DNA of 64,000 bases from Escherichia coli (GCF_030384885.1 NZ_CP128613.1), one strand, 5' to 3'. Shown: positions 8,938 to 20,620, numbered from the stretch's first letter. A program made the numbers and translations. The notes: generated from the letters alone by a model not told the origin.

Positions 8938-10362
8938 TTAATGTTTAACCATGACGTGGCGGACGACGGTGTAATCCTCCAACCCATAAAGTGACATATC
9001 CTTGCCGTAACCAGAAAGTTTCTGTCCACCGTGCGGCATTTCACTTACCAGCATGAAATGGGTATTGACCCAGGTACAACCATATTGCAGCCGTGCGCTG
9101 ACACGATGCGCCCTGCCCACATCTTTAGTCCATACCGAAGATGCAAGTCCGTACTGGCTGTCATTCGCCCAGTTCACCACCTGTTCTTCATTGTCAAAGG
9201 CCGTCACGCTCACCACCGGACCAAATACCTCTTTTTGCACGATGGCATCGTCCTGTAACGCGCCAGCCAGCAGCGTAGGCGCGTAGTAATAACCATTACC
9301 CTTGCGCTTTTCACCACCGGTGATCACTTTGATGTGCCCTGTCTCTTTCGCCTCTTCTACCGCCTTGCTGACACGTTCGAGATGCGCCAGCGAGCTTAAA
9401 GGTCCAAGCTCCGTAGACTCGTCATCCGGTGCACCAGATTTTAACGTTGCCACAGCAGCACCAAGTTTTTCCACCAGCGTATCGTAAATACCTTTTTGCG
9501 CGTAGATCCGACAAGCCGCAGTACAATCCTGTCCGGCATTGTAATAGCCAAAAGTACGTACACCTTCGACCACCGATTCAATATCCGCATCATCAAAAAC
9601 TATCACTGGCGCTTTGCCACCAAGTTCCATATGAGTACGCTTTATGGACGGCGCGGTATGGCTGATGATGTGTTCCCCAGTGGCGATAGAGCCCGTCAGC
9701 GACACCATCCGCACTTTGGGATGTCCGGTCAGCGGATCGCCCACTGTTTTGCCTCTGCCAAACAGCACATTAATCACGCCAGCCGGGAAGATATCTTTCG
9801 CCAGTTCAGCCAGCTTCAACGCTGTCAGCGGCGTAATTTCTGATGGTTTAAGCACTACGCAGTTCCCTGCCGCCAGCGCCGGAGCCAGTTTCCACGCGGC
9901 CATCATCAGCGGATAATTCCACGGTGCGATAGAAGCCACGACCCCCAACGGATCCCGACGGATCATTGAAGTATGACCTTCAAGGTATTCGCCGGCCGCC
10001 AGACCATTGAGGCAGCGCGCCGCCCCGGCGAAAAAGCGAAAGACATCGACAATCGCCGGAATTTCATCATTGAACGCACTATGCAGCGGTTTGCCACAAT
10101 TACGGGACTCCAGTTCGGCAAAAACCTGACCATTTTCTTCAATAACATCGGCCAGTTTCAGCAGGCATTCCGCACGCGCTTTCGGCGTGGTTTGCCCCCA
10201 TTCGGCAAATGCTGCATCTGCCGCGCGAACAGCAGCATCCACCTGCTCTGCGGATGCCTCGGCAATCTCCAGTAAAACGTCCCCCGTTGCCGGATTATAG
10301 ACAGGCTGTTTTTCCCCTTCGCCGCTAACCAGTTCTCCGTTAATCAGTAACTTATGTTGCAT
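8938..10362 (-). CDS. patD: Gamma-aminobutyraldehyde dehydrogenase PatD (YdcW)
   Basis: 474-aa aldehyde dehydrogenase with catalytic Cys/Glu context; N-terminus [27 protein letters not shown] matches PatD. Confidence 0.9.
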   Translation of the reverse strand: MQHKLLINGELVSGEGEKQPVYNPATGDVLLEIAEASAEQVDAAVRAADAAFAEWGQTTPKARAECLLKLADVIEENGQVFAELESRNCGKPLHSAFNDEIPAIVDVFRFFAGAARCLNGLAAGEYLEGHTSMIRRDPLGVVASIAPWNYPLMMAAWKLAPALAAGNCVVLKPSEITPLTALKLAELAKDIFPAGVINVLFGRGKTVGDPLTGHPKVRMVSLTGSIATGEHIISHTAPSIKRTHMELGGKAPVIVFDDADIESVVEGVRTFGYYNAGQDCTAACRIYAQKGIYDTLVEKLGAAVATLKSGAPDDESTELGPLSSLAHLERVSKAVEEAKETGHIKVITGGEKRKGNGYYYAPTLLAGALQDDAIVQKEVFGPVVSVTAFDNEEQVVNWANDSQYGLASSVWTKDVGRAHRVSARLQYGCTWVNTHFMLVSEMPHGGQKLSGYGKDMSLYGLEDYTVVRHVMVKH

Positions 10363-10383
10363 AGCATATTCCTGTATCAGTGG

Positions 10384-11178
10384 TTATTGACCATTGTCGC
10401 CTTCGCGGGTTAGCCACCAGGCCCCCAGGATCGGCAAGGTTGTTACCAACATAACCAGCAGTGCCACCACGTTGGTTACCGGTACATCACGTGGTCGCCC
10501 AAGCTGATTGAGCAACCACAACGGTAACGTTCGTTCATGACCTGCCGTAAAAGTCGTCACGATGATTTCATCGAACGACAAAGCAAACGCCAGCATTCCT
10601 CCTGCCAGTAGCGCCGAACTGAGATTCGGCAACACCACGTAGCGGAAGGTTTGCCAGCCATTGGCCCCAAGATCCATTGACGCCTCAACCAGACTCCAGG
10701 AGGTACGGCGAAAACGGGCGATGACATTGTTAAACACCACCACTACGCAAAAAGTCGCATGACCGACCACGATGGTGAAAAATCCCGGCTCCAGATTGAT
10801 GGTTTTAAAAGCAGTTAATAGCGCCAGACCAGTGACAATGCCCGGCAGCGCAATGGGCAGCAGCAATAGCAATGAAATGGCGCTTTTACCGAAAAAGTCC
10901 CGACGCCACAGCGCAGTAGCGGCCAGTGTCCCTAATACCAGCGCAATTAATGTCGCCAGCGCCGCCACTTTAAGTGACAGTGTCACGGCTTCAAGAATAT
11001 CACTACGCTGTGCTGCCACGCTAAACCAGCGCAGCGTCAGGCCTTGCGGTGGAAAACTAAACGCCGCATCTTCAGTGTTAAACGCATAGGCGGCGATAAT
11101 CAGGATGGGAAAATGTAGGAAAACCACGCCGCCCCAGGCCGCCAGTTTGAGGAGAAACGGTGCGCGTTCAGAGTGCAT
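10384..11178 (-). CDS. ydcV: ABC transporter permease YdcV (polyamine-type)
   Basis: 264-aa polytopic membrane ORF with a permease EAA-like loop; operon position after ydcU. Confidence 0.85.
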   Translation of the reverse strand: MHSERAPFLLKLAAWGGVVFLHFPILIIAAYAFNTEDAAFSFPPQGLTLRWFSVAAQRSDILEAVTLSLKVAALATLIALVLGTLAATALWRRDFFGKSAISLLLLLPIALPGIVTGLALLTAFKTINLEPGFFTIVVGHATFCVVVVFNNVIARFRRTSWSLVEASMDLGANGWQTFRYVVLPNLSSALLAGGMLAFALSFDEIIVTTFTAGHERTLPLWLLNQLGRPRDVPVTNVVALLVMLVTTLPILGAWWLTREGDNGQ

Positions 11179-12109
11179 CGAACGCTCCCAGACGTTTCAC
11201 GAACGCCAGGTACAGTGCGATGAGAACAATCGGCACCAGGGTGAATGCCGCCGCCATCGGCATATTGCCAATCGCCCCCTGCTGGGAATAAACCATATTG
11301 CCGATAAAATATCCTGGAGGGCCAACCAGCTGCGGAACGATAAAATCGCCCAGTGTGAGTGAAAAGGTAAAGATAGAGCCAGCGGCAATACCCGGGATTG
11401 CCAGCGGCAGCACCACATAGCGAAAGGTTTGCCGTGGACGCGCGCCAAGATCAGCCGACGCCTGCAACAGTGACGGCGGCAAACGCTCAAGCGCCGCCTG
11501 CACGGGCAGGATCATGAACGGCAGCCAGATATAAAGAAACACGAGAAAGCGTCCCAGCCCGGAAGTTGACAACGTGTTACCGCCCACCGCGGGTAATGTA
11601 AGGAACGCTGTCAGCAGTGGTTCCAGCCCCAGATGTTGTAAAAACCACTGCGCCACGCCATCTTTTGCCAGCAATAATGTCCAGGCATAAGCTTTAACAA
11701 TGTAGCTTGCCCACATTGGCAGCATCACCGCAATATAGAAGAACGCTTTCATTTTCCCGCTGGTATAGCGCGCCATATACCACGCCATCGGAAAAGCCAG
11801 AATGGCGCTGGCGATAGTGACAGCCACAGCCATGGTTAGCGTGCGGAGGATGATGTCGTAATTCGCCGGATTAAACAGCGCGCGGATATTCGCCAGCGTC
11901 AGTTCTGGCGTTACCGACATGGTGAAATCGTCAAAGGTATAAAAGCCCTGCCATAACAACGTCAGGAGTGAACCAAAATAGACAATGCCAAACCACATCA
12001 GCGGACCAAGCAGCAGCAAAAACAGCCCCAGTCCCGGTTTCCGCCAGAAGAAACCTGACACCTTACCCAATCCTGGGCGCGCAGGTGATTGCAATACGTT
12101 CATCGCCAT
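11168..12109 (-). CDS. ydcU: ABC transporter permease YdcU
   Basis: 313-aa polytopic membrane ORF; overlaps ydcV by 11 nt and abuts ydcT. Confidence 0.85.
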   Translation of the reverse strand: MAMNVLQSPARPGLGKVSGFFWRKPGLGLFLLLLGPLMWFGIVYFGSLLTLLWQGFYTFDDFTMSVTPELTLANIRALFNPANYDIILRTLTMAVAVTIASAILAFPMAWYMARYTSGKMKAFFYIAVMLPMWASYIVKAYAWTLLLAKDGVAQWFLQHLGLEPLLTAFLTLPAVGGNTLSTSGLGRFLVFLYIWLPFMILPVQAALERLPPSLLQASADLGARPRQTFRYVVLPLAIPGIAAGSIFTFSLTLGDFIVPQLVGPPGYFIGNMVYSQQGAIGNMPMAAAFTLVPIVLIALYLAFVKRLGAFDAL

Positions 12110-13123
12110 TCACCTCTCCTCAACCAGCGGCACCATCACATCGCGCGACCAGGAAACCATCACCTGTTGTCCGGGCGTGAGCGTGGCAGGCAGTTCTTCG
12201 CCTGTCATATTGGCCTGACTTACCAGCAGTTTTTCACCGCCATTCAGTCTCAGTTCAAAACGGGTCGCCGCGCCCTGATACTGCACCGCCTGGATCGTGC
12301 CATTAACTTGCACTTCGCCGGGGGTGTTGAGGCGGATATGTTCCGGTCTCAGGGCAAAACTGCCTATCATGCCGCAAAGATTATCGGCCATTAGCGGCTC
12401 AAAAACGTTGGATGTCCCGACGAATCCAGCAACAAACGGCGTGCGCGGGCGCATATAGAGGTCACGCGGTGAATCAACCTGCTCAATGCGACCGTTATTG
12501 AATACCGCAACACGATCGGACATCGATAATGCCTCGCCCTGATCGTGGGTGACGAAAATAAAGGTGATGCCAAGAGACTGTTGCAGCTTTTTCAGCTCAA
12601 GTTGCATCTGCTCACGCAGCTTGAGATCCAGCGCGCCGAGCGGTTCATCCAACAGCAATACGCGCGGCTCATTCACCAATGCTCTGGCGATAGCAACCCG
12701 CTGGCGCTGACCACCAGAAAGTTGTGACGGTTTACGTTGCTGTACAAACCCCAACGCCACTTTCTCCAGCGCCTCTTGCGCCATTACGTGTCGCTGTTTT
12801 TTATCCACCCCTTTGACCATCAGCCCATAGGCCACGTTGTCAAGAATCGACATATGCGGAAATAGCGCGTAGTCTTGGAAGACGGTATTCACGTCCCGCT
12901 CCCACGGCGGCAGATTGCTGGCGGGTTTACCAAAGATAGATATAGTCCCGCCGGAAAGCTGTTCGAATCCAGCAATCAGGCGCAGGCAGGTGGTTTTGCC
13001 GGAGCCAGACGGCCCCAGCATTGAGAAAAACTCACCATCTTTTATCGCAATACTGACACCATCTACCGCGCGCACATCACCATACAGTCGCGATACGTTG
13101 TCAAACTCCACTGCGTACGTCAT
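12110..13123 (-). CDS. ydcT: ABC transporter ATP-binding protein YdcT (PotA-like)
   Basis: Walker A GPSGSGKTT, ABC signature LSGGQRQRVAIARAL and Walker B LLLDEP in a 337-aa ORF. Confidence 0.9.
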   Translation of the reverse strand: MTYAVEFDNVSRLYGDVRAVDGVSIAIKDGEFFSMLGPSGSGKTTCLRLIAGFEQLSGGTISIFGKPASNLPPWERDVNTVFQDYALFPHMSILDNVAYGLMVKGVDKKQRHVMAQEALEKVALGFVQQRKPSQLSGGQRQRVAIARALVNEPRVLLLDEPLGALDLKLREQMQLELKKLQQSLGITFIFVTHDQGEALSMSDRVAVFNNGRIEQVDSPRDLYMRPRTPFVAGFVGTSNVFEPLMADNLCGMIGSFALRPEHIRLNTPGEVQVNGTIQAVQYQGAATRFELRLNGGEKLLVSQANMTGEELPATLTPGQQVMVSWSRDVMVPLVEER

Positions 13124-13140
13124 AAAACACCCCAGCGAAG

Positions 13141-14286
13141 TTAGCGGCCGCCCATAATGGCAATATAATCCTGCGTCCAGCGACTGTAGGGAACAAACTT
13201 GCCCCCTTCTGCTATAGGCGTTTTCCAGAAGGCGATTTTATCGAAATAGTTAAAACCGTTTGTTTCACAACCTTTTTCGCCTAATAACGGACTGGCTTTA
13301 CACCCTTCCGGCACTACCGGTAACGAGCCAAACCAGGCCGCCACATCGCCCTGCACTTTTGGCGTTAATGACCAGTTCATCCATTTGTAGGCGCAAACCG
13401 GATGTTTCGCTTCGCTATGTAGCATGGTGGTGTCAGCCCAACCGGTAACGCCCTCCTTCGGGAAAACGGTAGCGACAGGCTGGCCTTCGGCTTTCAGGGC
13501 GTTGGCCTGATAGGGCCATGCACTGGAAGCAACCACACCCTCGTTTTTGAAATCGCTCATTTGCACGGTAGTGTCATGCCAGTAGCGATGGATCAAACTA
13601 TGTTGATCGCGCAGCACTTTCAGCACCGCCTGGTACTGTTCTTCGGTGAGTTGATACGGATCGCTGATGCCCAACTGCGGCTGAGTGGCTTTAACGAACA
13701 ACGCAGCATCCGCAATATAAATAGGGCCATCATAAGCCTGAACGCGGCCTTTATTGCTCTTACCGTCCGGCAGATTCTGCGCAACAAAAACCACTTGCCA
13801 GCTATCCGGCGGCGTCGGGAAGGTTTTCGTGTTGTACATCAGCAGGTTCGGCCCCCATTGGTAAGGAGTGCCGTAAACTTTGCCGCCAACGTTAAACCAG
13901 TCGCCTTTAACCACGCGCGGATCGAGCGCTTTCCAGTTGGGAATCAATGCGGTATTAATCGGCTGCACGCGTTTACCCATAATCAGGCGCAGCGAGGCAT
14001 CGCCGGACGCCGTAACCAGATCGTAACCCCCTTTGGTCATCAGACTGACCATTTCATCGGACGTCGCGGCGGTTTTTACATTCACCGCGCAACCTGTCTC
14101 TTTTTCGAATTGCGTTACCCAGTCGTATTGTTTATCGGTTTGTCCGCGTTCGATGTATCCCGGCCAGGCGATAATATCCAGTCGCCCTTCCGGTTTATCT
14201 AAATTGGTAGGCGGTTCGGCGGCGTGAGCGGTCATTATTATCATGGTGAGCGCACACAGGCTGCTGCGGGCAAATGTCTTGCTCAT
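13141..14286 (-). CDS. ydcS: Periplasmic polyamine-binding protein YdcS
   Basis: 381-aa ORF with signal peptide (MSKTFARSSLCALTMIIMTAHA) and PotD/PotF-like fold; first gene of the ydcSTUV-patD operon. Confidence 0.88.
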   Translation of the reverse strand: MSKTFARSSLCALTMIIMTAHAAEPPTNLDKPEGRLDIIAWPGYIERGQTDKQYDWVTQFEKETGCAVNVKTAATSDEMVSLMTKGGYDLVTASGDASLRLIMGKRVQPINTALIPNWKALDPRVVKGDWFNVGGKVYGTPYQWGPNLLMYNTKTFPTPPDSWQVVFVAQNLPDGKSNKGRVQAYDGPIYIADAALFVKATQPQLGISDPYQLTEEQYQAVLKVLRDQHSLIHRYWHDTTVQMSDFKNEGVVASSAWPYQANALKAEGQPVATVFPKEGVTGWADTTMLHSEAKHPVCAYKWMNWSLTPKVQGDVAAWFGSLPVVPEGCKASPLLGEKGCETNGFNYFDKIAFWKTPIAEGGKFVPYSRWTQDYIAIMGGR

Positions 14287-14530
14287 AAGGTCTTACTCCT
14301 GTCGTAATTAATTGTTCAGCCGCCGTGCCGTAAAAATATCTCCTTGTTTAACCATAGACGGCGGCTTGCAGGCACACCTTCGCCCCTGAGAAAATTTAAT
14401 CAGGTTGTGAGCTACCGCGCATTATGCCGTCTGTGAGATTATCTTCTGGAGTATAGACAAGGGGTTAGGAAATATGACTGCTATTCGAAATTCATATTAC
14501 CCAACCTAAGAGGAATTAAATTAAACGCTA

Positions 14531-15937
14531 TTACAGCCGTTCTTGAATAAGTTTGCCTAATTGTTTAACCGCCTGTTCTTCGCGCTCGCCCCACTGCCAT
14601 GCAGTATTAAAACGAAAAAAACGTGACCAGTTTGCACCGGTAGAAAACATTTTACCCGGCGCAATACTGATATGATGCGTCAGTGCTGCCAGGCTTAATT
14701 CGCCCGCATCTAACGGCGCGGGGAGTTCCAGCCAGAGAAAATAACCGCTGTCATTATGATGAATTTTCACTTCCGCAGGCAGATAACGCAGCAGTGCCTG
14801 CCAGGCACGTTGTTTACGTTCCGCAAGCTGGCGACGCAGGCGACGAAGATGGGCGTCGTATCGGCGCGTGGAAAGATAATCCACCAGCGCAAGCTGCATC
14901 GGTGAACTGGTCGAAAGCGTACTCATCAATTGCAAGCGTTGAATTTTACGTGCATGTTTTCCGGCGGCGACCCAACCAATACGAAAACCTGGCACCAGAC
15001 ATTTCGAAAACGAAGAGCAATGCAAAACGCCATCGTGGCGATCCCACGCTTTCGCAGGCAGCGGTTTTTCCCGTCCAAAATAAAGTTCGCTGTACACGTC
15101 ATCTTCAATCAGCGTTACGTTGTACTGATTGAGCAACGCTACCAGTTGTTCTTTTTTCTGCTGCGTTAAGGTAAAACCGAGTGGATTCTGGCTATTAGTC
15201 ATCAGCCAGCACGCTTTCACCGGATACTCCTGCAACGCCAGTTCCAGCGCCTGAAGATCGATCCCTTCGTTAACGTCCGTCGCCACCGATAACGCCTTCA
15301 GCCGTAACCGCTCCAGCGCCTGCAACGCGCCGTAGAAACAAGGATTCTCTACTATCACCCAATCGCCTGGTTCCGTTACCGCTTGTAAACTGAGGTTTAA
15401 TGCCTCTAACGCCCCGGCGGTAATGACAATTTCATCAGGAGAAATAGTGATGCCCTGTAAGGCATAGCGACGAGCAATAGCCTGACGCAGTTCTGCGTTT
15501 CCTGGCGGTAAGTTTTCAATCACGCTCATCGCCGTGGCGGTTTTGCTTACCTGCGCCAGCGAGCGGTTTAGTTGTTGGAGGGGGAAAAGTCGCGGGTCGG
15601 GAAAGGCCGAGGCAAACGGAACTACCGACGGATCGCGACTGGCCTGCAACATATCAAAAATATAGGTGTTGATATCGACTGCTTCATCTCGAGTGACTGG
15701 AATGACTGGCGCTTTCGGCATTTTTATTGCCTGTGGCGCAACGTAATAACCCGACTGCGGTCGCGCGATAATATGTCCCTGACTTTCGAGCAACTGATAG
15801 GCATGGCTGACGGTCATAAAGCTCATGCCAGAAAGCGCCACCTGGTCACGCAACGAAGGCAAACGATCTCCGGGTTGCCAGATCCCCGACGCAATCTGCT
15901 CGCGTAATTGTTCTGCAAGCTGCTGGTATTTTTTCAT
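14531..15937 (-). CDS. ydcR: MocR-family regulator YdcR (GntR HTH fused to aminotransferase-like PLP domain)
   Basis: 468-aa ORF with an N-terminal GntR-type HTH and a class-I aminotransferase-like C-terminal domain. Confidence 0.85.
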   Translation of the reverse strand: MKKYQQLAEQLREQIASGIWQPGDRLPSLRDQVALSGMSFMTVSHAYQLLESQGHIIARPQSGYYVAPQAIKMPKAPVIPVTRDEAVDINTYIFDMLQASRDPSVVPFASAFPDPRLFPLQQLNRSLAQVSKTATAMSVIENLPPGNAELRQAIARRYALQGITISPDEIVITAGALEALNLSLQAVTEPGDWVIVENPCFYGALQALERLRLKALSVATDVNEGIDLQALELALQEYPVKACWLMTNSQNPLGFTLTQQKKEQLVALLNQYNVTLIEDDVYSELYFGREKPLPAKAWDRHDGVLHCSSFSKCLVPGFRIGWVAAGKHARKIQRLQLMSTLSTSSPMQLALVDYLSTRRYDAHLRRLRRQLAERKQRAWQALLRYLPAEVKIHHNDSGYFLWLELPAPLDAGELSLAALTHHISIAPGKMFSTGANWSRFFRFNTAWQWGEREEQAVKQLGKLIQERL

Positions 15938-16015
15938 TATCGAATCGTTATTATGTGCAGGTGATTCGGCAGTCTATATCAGTTGTTAAAAATGACAACT
16001 TTTCATTAACTGTTA

Positions 16016-16255
<240 letters not shown>

Positions 16256-16430
16256 TTACCTCCGTGTGTAATGTGCTCGAAAATAGCACTAAATCGCCGC
16301 AACGGCAGAATGCAATGCAAAATCAGGAAGGAAGATTCCAGAATTTCTTTGCGCTAATTTGCAAAACTGAATAATAACCTCAAGAAACGATCGGCATCAT
16401 AGCGGCAAAAGGTCAGAAAAAGGTGGCGAG

Positions 16431-16661
16431 ATGTTTTCGAAGGCGTTATCGGTTGTCTTATTAACGTGTGCACTGTTCTCAGGACAACTCATGGCAGGGC
16501 ACAAAGGACATGAATTTATGTGGGTAAAGAATGTGGATCATCAGCTGCGTCATGAAGCGGACAGCGATGAATTGCGTGCTGTGGCGGAAGAGTCGGCGGA
16601 AGGTTTGCGCGAGCATTTTTACTGGCAAAAATCGCGCAAACCAGAAGCGGGACAGCGTTGA
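16431..16661 (+). CDS. yncJ: Small secreted protein YncJ (DUF2554)
   Basis: 76-aa ORF with signal peptide (MFSKALSVVLLTCALFSGQLMA); length and position match YncJ. Confidence 0.85.
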   Translation: MFSKALSVVLLTCALFSGQLMAGHKGHEFMWVKNVDHQLRHEADSDELRAVAEESAEGLREHFYWQKSRKPEAGQR

Positions 16662-16669
16662 GTCATTTG

Positions 16670-16705
16670 TTGCCGGATGCGGCATAACGCCTTACCCGGC
16701 CGACA
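16670..16705. repeat. REP (repetitive extragenic palindromic) element
   Basis: tgccggatgcggcataacgccttacccggcc closely matches the E. coli REP consensus GCCGGATGCGGCGTAAACGCCTTATCCGGC; lies between convergent yncJ and ydcP. Confidence 0.75.
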
Positions 16706-16752
16706 AGATCATGCAGATTCAATAAGTTGTGAGTAACCAGAAAACTGGCGTT

Positions 16753-18714
16753 TTACCCTTTTCGCTTCGGCAATGTTTTCAGCAGCTCATCCGGACTAAC
16801 GGATGCCACTACGCTTCCCGGTAACGGCATTTTCAGTATGTGATTTTTGATTTTGCCAATGACGTGCATCTCACATGGGCGACAATCGAACTTTAGCGTT
16901 AATACTTCATCGCCATTAACCAGTTGCATTGGCGTCGCCTTCCAGCTTTTGATGTTACCTTTTGCCTGTTTCGGACACAGATTGAAGGCAAAGCGCAGAC
17001 AATGCTTGGTGATCATTACCGGCACTTCCCCCTTCTCTTCATGCGCTTCATACGCCGCATCAATCAGTTGCACACCATAGCGATGATAAAATTCACGCGC
17101 TTTGTGGTTGTAAACGTTCGCGAGGAAACTCAAATGCGTTTGCGGATAAACCGGCGCAGGGTCAGCAACCGGTTTACGACTGCCGCGCTGATAACTGGCA
17201 AGACGCGCAGCATCCAGCATTTCGGCGGCCTCACGGCGGAACTGATTTAACAGACTGTTCGGTACAAACAGCGCACCAGGCAAATTAATTTGCACATCGC
17301 GGGCGTAATAGAGGGTTTGCCCCAGCTTAGCCAGACCATCTTTCAGGTTATTAAGCGCTTTTTCGGCGTTATTAGCTTCGTCGAATTGTCCATCCAGCGT
17401 ATGCGTGACGCTGACGCCCTCTTCACTGGTCAGGGTCAGAATCAGTTGTTCCTGCCAGCCGCCCAGTTCAATGTCTACCGCTACGCGACGTTCGCTGGAT
17501 GTTTTGGTCAACGCCTGCTGCCAGTTATGGTCCAGATTACGATTAAGCGGATGATGCGGACGAATTTTATGCAAATCCGCAGGCATCTCATTTGGCCAGA
17601 CGCGGTACTGATTTTGCCCGGTTTTTTCGACTGTATTGGCGCGAAAGCCAACCACTTCACGTTTAATCATCACATTCAGACCATCGCCATTTGCTAACGG
17701 CTCGGTGACGGCAACATCGAGATGATCCTTCGCCACTTTTAATACTTCACCGACCGGCAGGCCGATAAACTTGGGGGAGTCGAACGCGCCGATATCCCCT
17801 TTACGGGCGTTAACAAAGTAGTCGGTACTGCCACGATGGAAGGTTTTTTCCGTCGACGGTACGAAGAAATGCTCGGTACGACCGGATGAAGCACGCGCCA
17901 GATCGCCACGTTCATCAATAATGGCGTCCAGCATTTGGCGATAATGCGCGGTGATATTCTTCACGTAGCTCATATCTTTGTAACGCCCTTCAATCTTGAA
18001 GGAGCGCACGCCAGCATCAATCAGCGCGCCAAGGTTAGCAGTCTGATCGTTATCTTTCATCGACAGCAGATGTTTTTCATAGGAAACCACCCGCCCCTGA
18101 TCGTCTTTCAATGTGTATGGCAAACGGCATGCCTGCGAGCAATCGCCACGGTTGGCGCTACGCCCTGTTTGCGCATGAGAAATGTAGCACTGACCAGAAT
18201 AGGCCACGCACAATGCACCATGAATAAAGAATTCAATGGTCGCGTCCGTGGCCTGGTGAATCGCGCGGATCTGCTCAAGATTCAGCTCTCGCGCCAGCAC
18301 AATCTGCGTAAAGCCAACATCAGAGAGGAACTTCGCTTTTTCTACTGTGCGAATATCGCACTGCGTACTGGCGTGCAGTTCAATCGGCGGAATATCAAGT
18401 TCCAGAATCCCCATATCCTGAACAATCAGCGCATCGACGCCGGTCTGGTAGAGGTCGGTAATCAGCCGTTGCGCAGGGTCCAGCTCATCATCATGCAAAA
18501 TGGTGTTAAGCGTGACGAAAATTTTTGCACCATAACGATGGGCAAACGGCACCAGTTCGGCAATATCTTTCAGGCTATTACTGGCATTATGACGGGCACC
18601 AAAACCAGGGCCGCCGATATAAACAGCATCGGCACCGTGCAAAATAGCTTCGCGGGCAATGGCGGCATCGCGTGCCGGGCTTAACAGTTCAAGTCGATGA
18701 GAAGATACGGTCAC
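16753..18714 (-). CDS. ydcP: Peptidase U32-family protein YdcP (RlhA, 23S rRNA 5-hydroxycytidine synthase)
   Basis: ORF 16753-18756; U32 collagenase-like sequence. GTG at 18712-18714 gives the remembered 653 aa; the first ATG would give 667 aa. Confidence 0.85.
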   Translation of the reverse strand: MTVSSHRLELLSPARDAAIAREAILHGADAVYIGGPGFGARHNASNSLKDIAELVPFAHRYGAKIFVTLNTILHDDELDPAQRLITDLYQTGVDALIVQDMGILELDIPPIELHASTQCDIRTVEKAKFLSDVGFTQIVLARELNLEQIRAIHQATDATIEFFIHGALCVAYSGQCYISHAQTGRSANRGDCSQACRLPYTLKDDQGRVVSYEKHLLSMKDNDQTANLGALIDAGVRSFKIEGRYKDMSYVKNITAHYRQMLDAIIDERGDLARASSGRTEHFFVPSTEKTFHRGSTDYFVNARKGDIGAFDSPKFIGLPVGEVLKVAKDHLDVAVTEPLANGDGLNVMIKREVVGFRANTVEKTGQNQYRVWPNEMPADLHKIRPHHPLNRNLDHNWQQALTKTSSERRVAVDIELGGWQEQLILTLTSEEGVSVTHTLDGQFDEANNAEKALNNLKDGLAKLGQTLYYARDVQINLPGALFVPNSLLNQFRREAAEMLDAARLASYQRGSRKPVADPAPVYPQTHLSFLANVYNHKAREFYHRYGVQLIDAAYEAHEEKGEVPVMITKHCLRFAFNLCPKQAKGNIKSWKATPMQLVNGDEVLTLKFDCRPCEMHVIGKIKNHILKMPLPGSVVASVSPDELLKTLPKRKG

Positions 18715-18786
18715 ATTCTTATCCAGTAGCTGAAAAATGGCGGCTATTTTAGCCACAAGCGCGACGTTGCGAAATAGTTTTCCCGC

Positions 18787-19323
18787 TTAACTGCGTGGGT
18801 AATGGATGAGGGAATGAAAATGTACGATTTGCTCCCCACCATTACGATAGACATGCGTAACGTCTGCAGCAAATCGAGCGCCTTTTCCACAATTAAGGCT
18901 CTGCCATTCACCATCAACGCACAGATCAAGTTGCCCATCAATGACGACAACATGTTCGATTACTCCCTTCTCATGGGGCGTCGATTCACTTATTGCACCG
19001 GGAGCCATCTGAATTGAGAAGTGTTCAAAGCAGAGTTGCGGATCATAAGGAAACAGCGAAGTGATCACCATCGCCTGCTGTTGCGGATCATAAACTGAAG
19101 GCGTAGCGGACTGCGGCGGAGAAATAAATGTCGAAAATGGCACATTCAACCCGGTGGCAATTTTCCATAATGTCGCGACCGTCGGGCTGGACTCATTACG
19201 TTCAATCTGCCCTAACATCGCTTTAGAAACCCCCGTCGCTTCTGCCAGTCGCGAAAGACTCCAGCCGCGCTGCTGACGTAGTTGTTTAAGTGTGGTGGAT
19301 AAAAAGCGAGTGAGATTTTCCAT
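18787..19323 (-). CDS. sutR: XRE-family HTH plus cupin regulator SutR (YdcN)
   Basis: 178-aa ORF with N-terminal HTH (LSRLAEATGVSKAMLGQIERNESSPT) and C-terminal cupin domain. Confidence 0.88.
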   Translation of the reverse strand: MENLTRFLSTTLKQLRQQRGWSLSRLAEATGVSKAMLGQIERNESSPTVATLWKIATGLNVPFSTFISPPQSATPSVYDPQQQAMVITSLFPYDPQLCFEHFSIQMAPGAISESTPHEKGVIEHVVVIDGQLDLCVDGEWQSLNCGKGARFAADVTHVYRNGGEQIVHFHSLIHYPRS

Positions 19324-19414
19324 GTGACTCCTCCGGCAAAGCGGAAGTTTATCACTTGTGCGTTATAACGGACAAATGCTACGGTACCTGTACGCTATAA
19401 CGCACGAGGTGACC

Positions 19415-20587
19415 ATGCGTCTGTTTTCTATTCCTCCACCCACGCTACTGGCGGGGTTTCTGGCGGTATTAATTGGCTACGCCAGTTCAGCGGCAATAAT
19501 CTGGCAAGCAGCGATTGTCGCCGGAGCCACCACTGCACAAATCTCTGGCTGGATGACGGCGCTGGGGCTGGCAATGGGCGTCAGTACGCTGGCTCTGACA
19601 TTATGGTATCGCGTACCTGTTCTCACTGCATGGTCAACGCCGGGCGCAGCTTTGCTGGTTACCGGATTGCAGGGACTGACACTTAACCAAGCCATCGGTG
19701 TTTTTATTGTCACCAACGCGTTAATAGTCCTCTGTGGTGTGACGGGATTATTCGCCCGTTTGATGCGTATTATTCCGCACTCGCTGGCAGCGGCGATGCT
19801 GGCCGGAATTTTGTTACGCTTTGGTTTACAGGCGTTTGCAAGTCTGGATGGTCAGTTTACGTTATGCGGTAGTATGTTGCTGGCGTGGCTGGCGACAAAA
19901 ACTTTTGCGCCGCGTTATGCGGTAATTGCGGCGATGATAGTTGGCATCGTAATCGTTATTTTACAAGGTGACGTTGTCACAGGGGATATTGCCTTTAAAC
20001 CCGTTCTCCCCGCTTATATTGCCCCTGAATTTTCGTTTGCTCACAGTCTGAGCGTTGCACTCCCCCTTTTTCTGGTGACGATGGCATCGCAAAACGCACC
20101 GGGTATTGCGGCAATGAAAGCGGCCGGGTATTCGGCTCCTGTTTCGCCGTTGATTGTATTTACTGGATTGCTGGCGCTGGTATTTTCCCCTTTCGGGGTT
20201 TATTCCGTCGGTATTGCTGCAATCACCGCAGCTATTTGTCAAAGCCCGGAAGCGCATCCGGATAAAGATCAACGTTGGCTGGCAGCTGCCGTTGCAGGCA
20301 TTTTTTATTTGCTCGCAGGTCTTTTTGGTAGTGCTATTACCGGGATGATGGCTGCCCTGCCCGTAAGTTGGATCCAGATGCTGGCAGGTCTGGCGCTGTT
20401 AAGTACCATTGGCGGCAGTTTGTATCAGGCGCTGCATAATGAGCGTGAGCGAGACGCGGCGGTGGTGGCATTTCTGGTAACGGCAAGTGGATTGACGCTG
20501 GTCGGGATTGGTTCTGCGTTCTGGGGATTAATTGCCGGAGGCGTTTGTTACGTGGTGTTGAATTTAATCGCTGACAGAAACCGATAA
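19415..20587 (+). CDS. ydcO: BenE-family inner membrane transporter YdcO
   Basis: ORF 19358-20587; start at MRLFSIPPPT (ATG 19415) gives ~390 aa; highly hydrophobic polytopic protein. Confidence 0.85.
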   Translation: MRLFSIPPPTLLAGFLAVLIGYASSAAIIWQAAIVAGATTAQISGWMTALGLAMGVSTLALTLWYRVPVLTAWSTPGAALLVTGLQGLTLNQAIGVFIVTNALIVLCGVTGLFARLMRIIPHSLAAAMLAGILLRFGLQAFASLDGQFTLCGSMLLAWLATKTFAPRYAVIAAMIVGIVIVILQGDVVTGDIAFKPVLPAYIAPEFSFAHSLSVALPLFLVTMASQNAPGIAAMKAAGYSAPVSPLIVFTGLLALVFSPFGVYSVGIAAITAAICQSPEAHPDKDQRWLAAAVAGIFYLLAGLFGSAITGMMAALPVSWIQMLAGLALLSTIGGSLYQALHNERERDAAVVAFLVTASGLTLVGIGSAFWGLIAGGVCYVVLNLIADRNR

Positions 20588-20589
20588 TA

Positions 20590-20620
20590 AAAAGCGCCAT
20601 CTTACGATGGCGCGGCTGGA
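20590..20620. terminator. Bidirectional hairpin terminator between convergent ydcO and ydcL
   Basis: gcgccatc-ttac-gatggcgc stem-loop, with a T-run on the minus strand (ttttattatc). Confidence 0.6.

Noticed and set aside
13561-14202. 213-aa ORF on the + strand
   Set aside because: Antisense within ydcS; no recognisable motifs.
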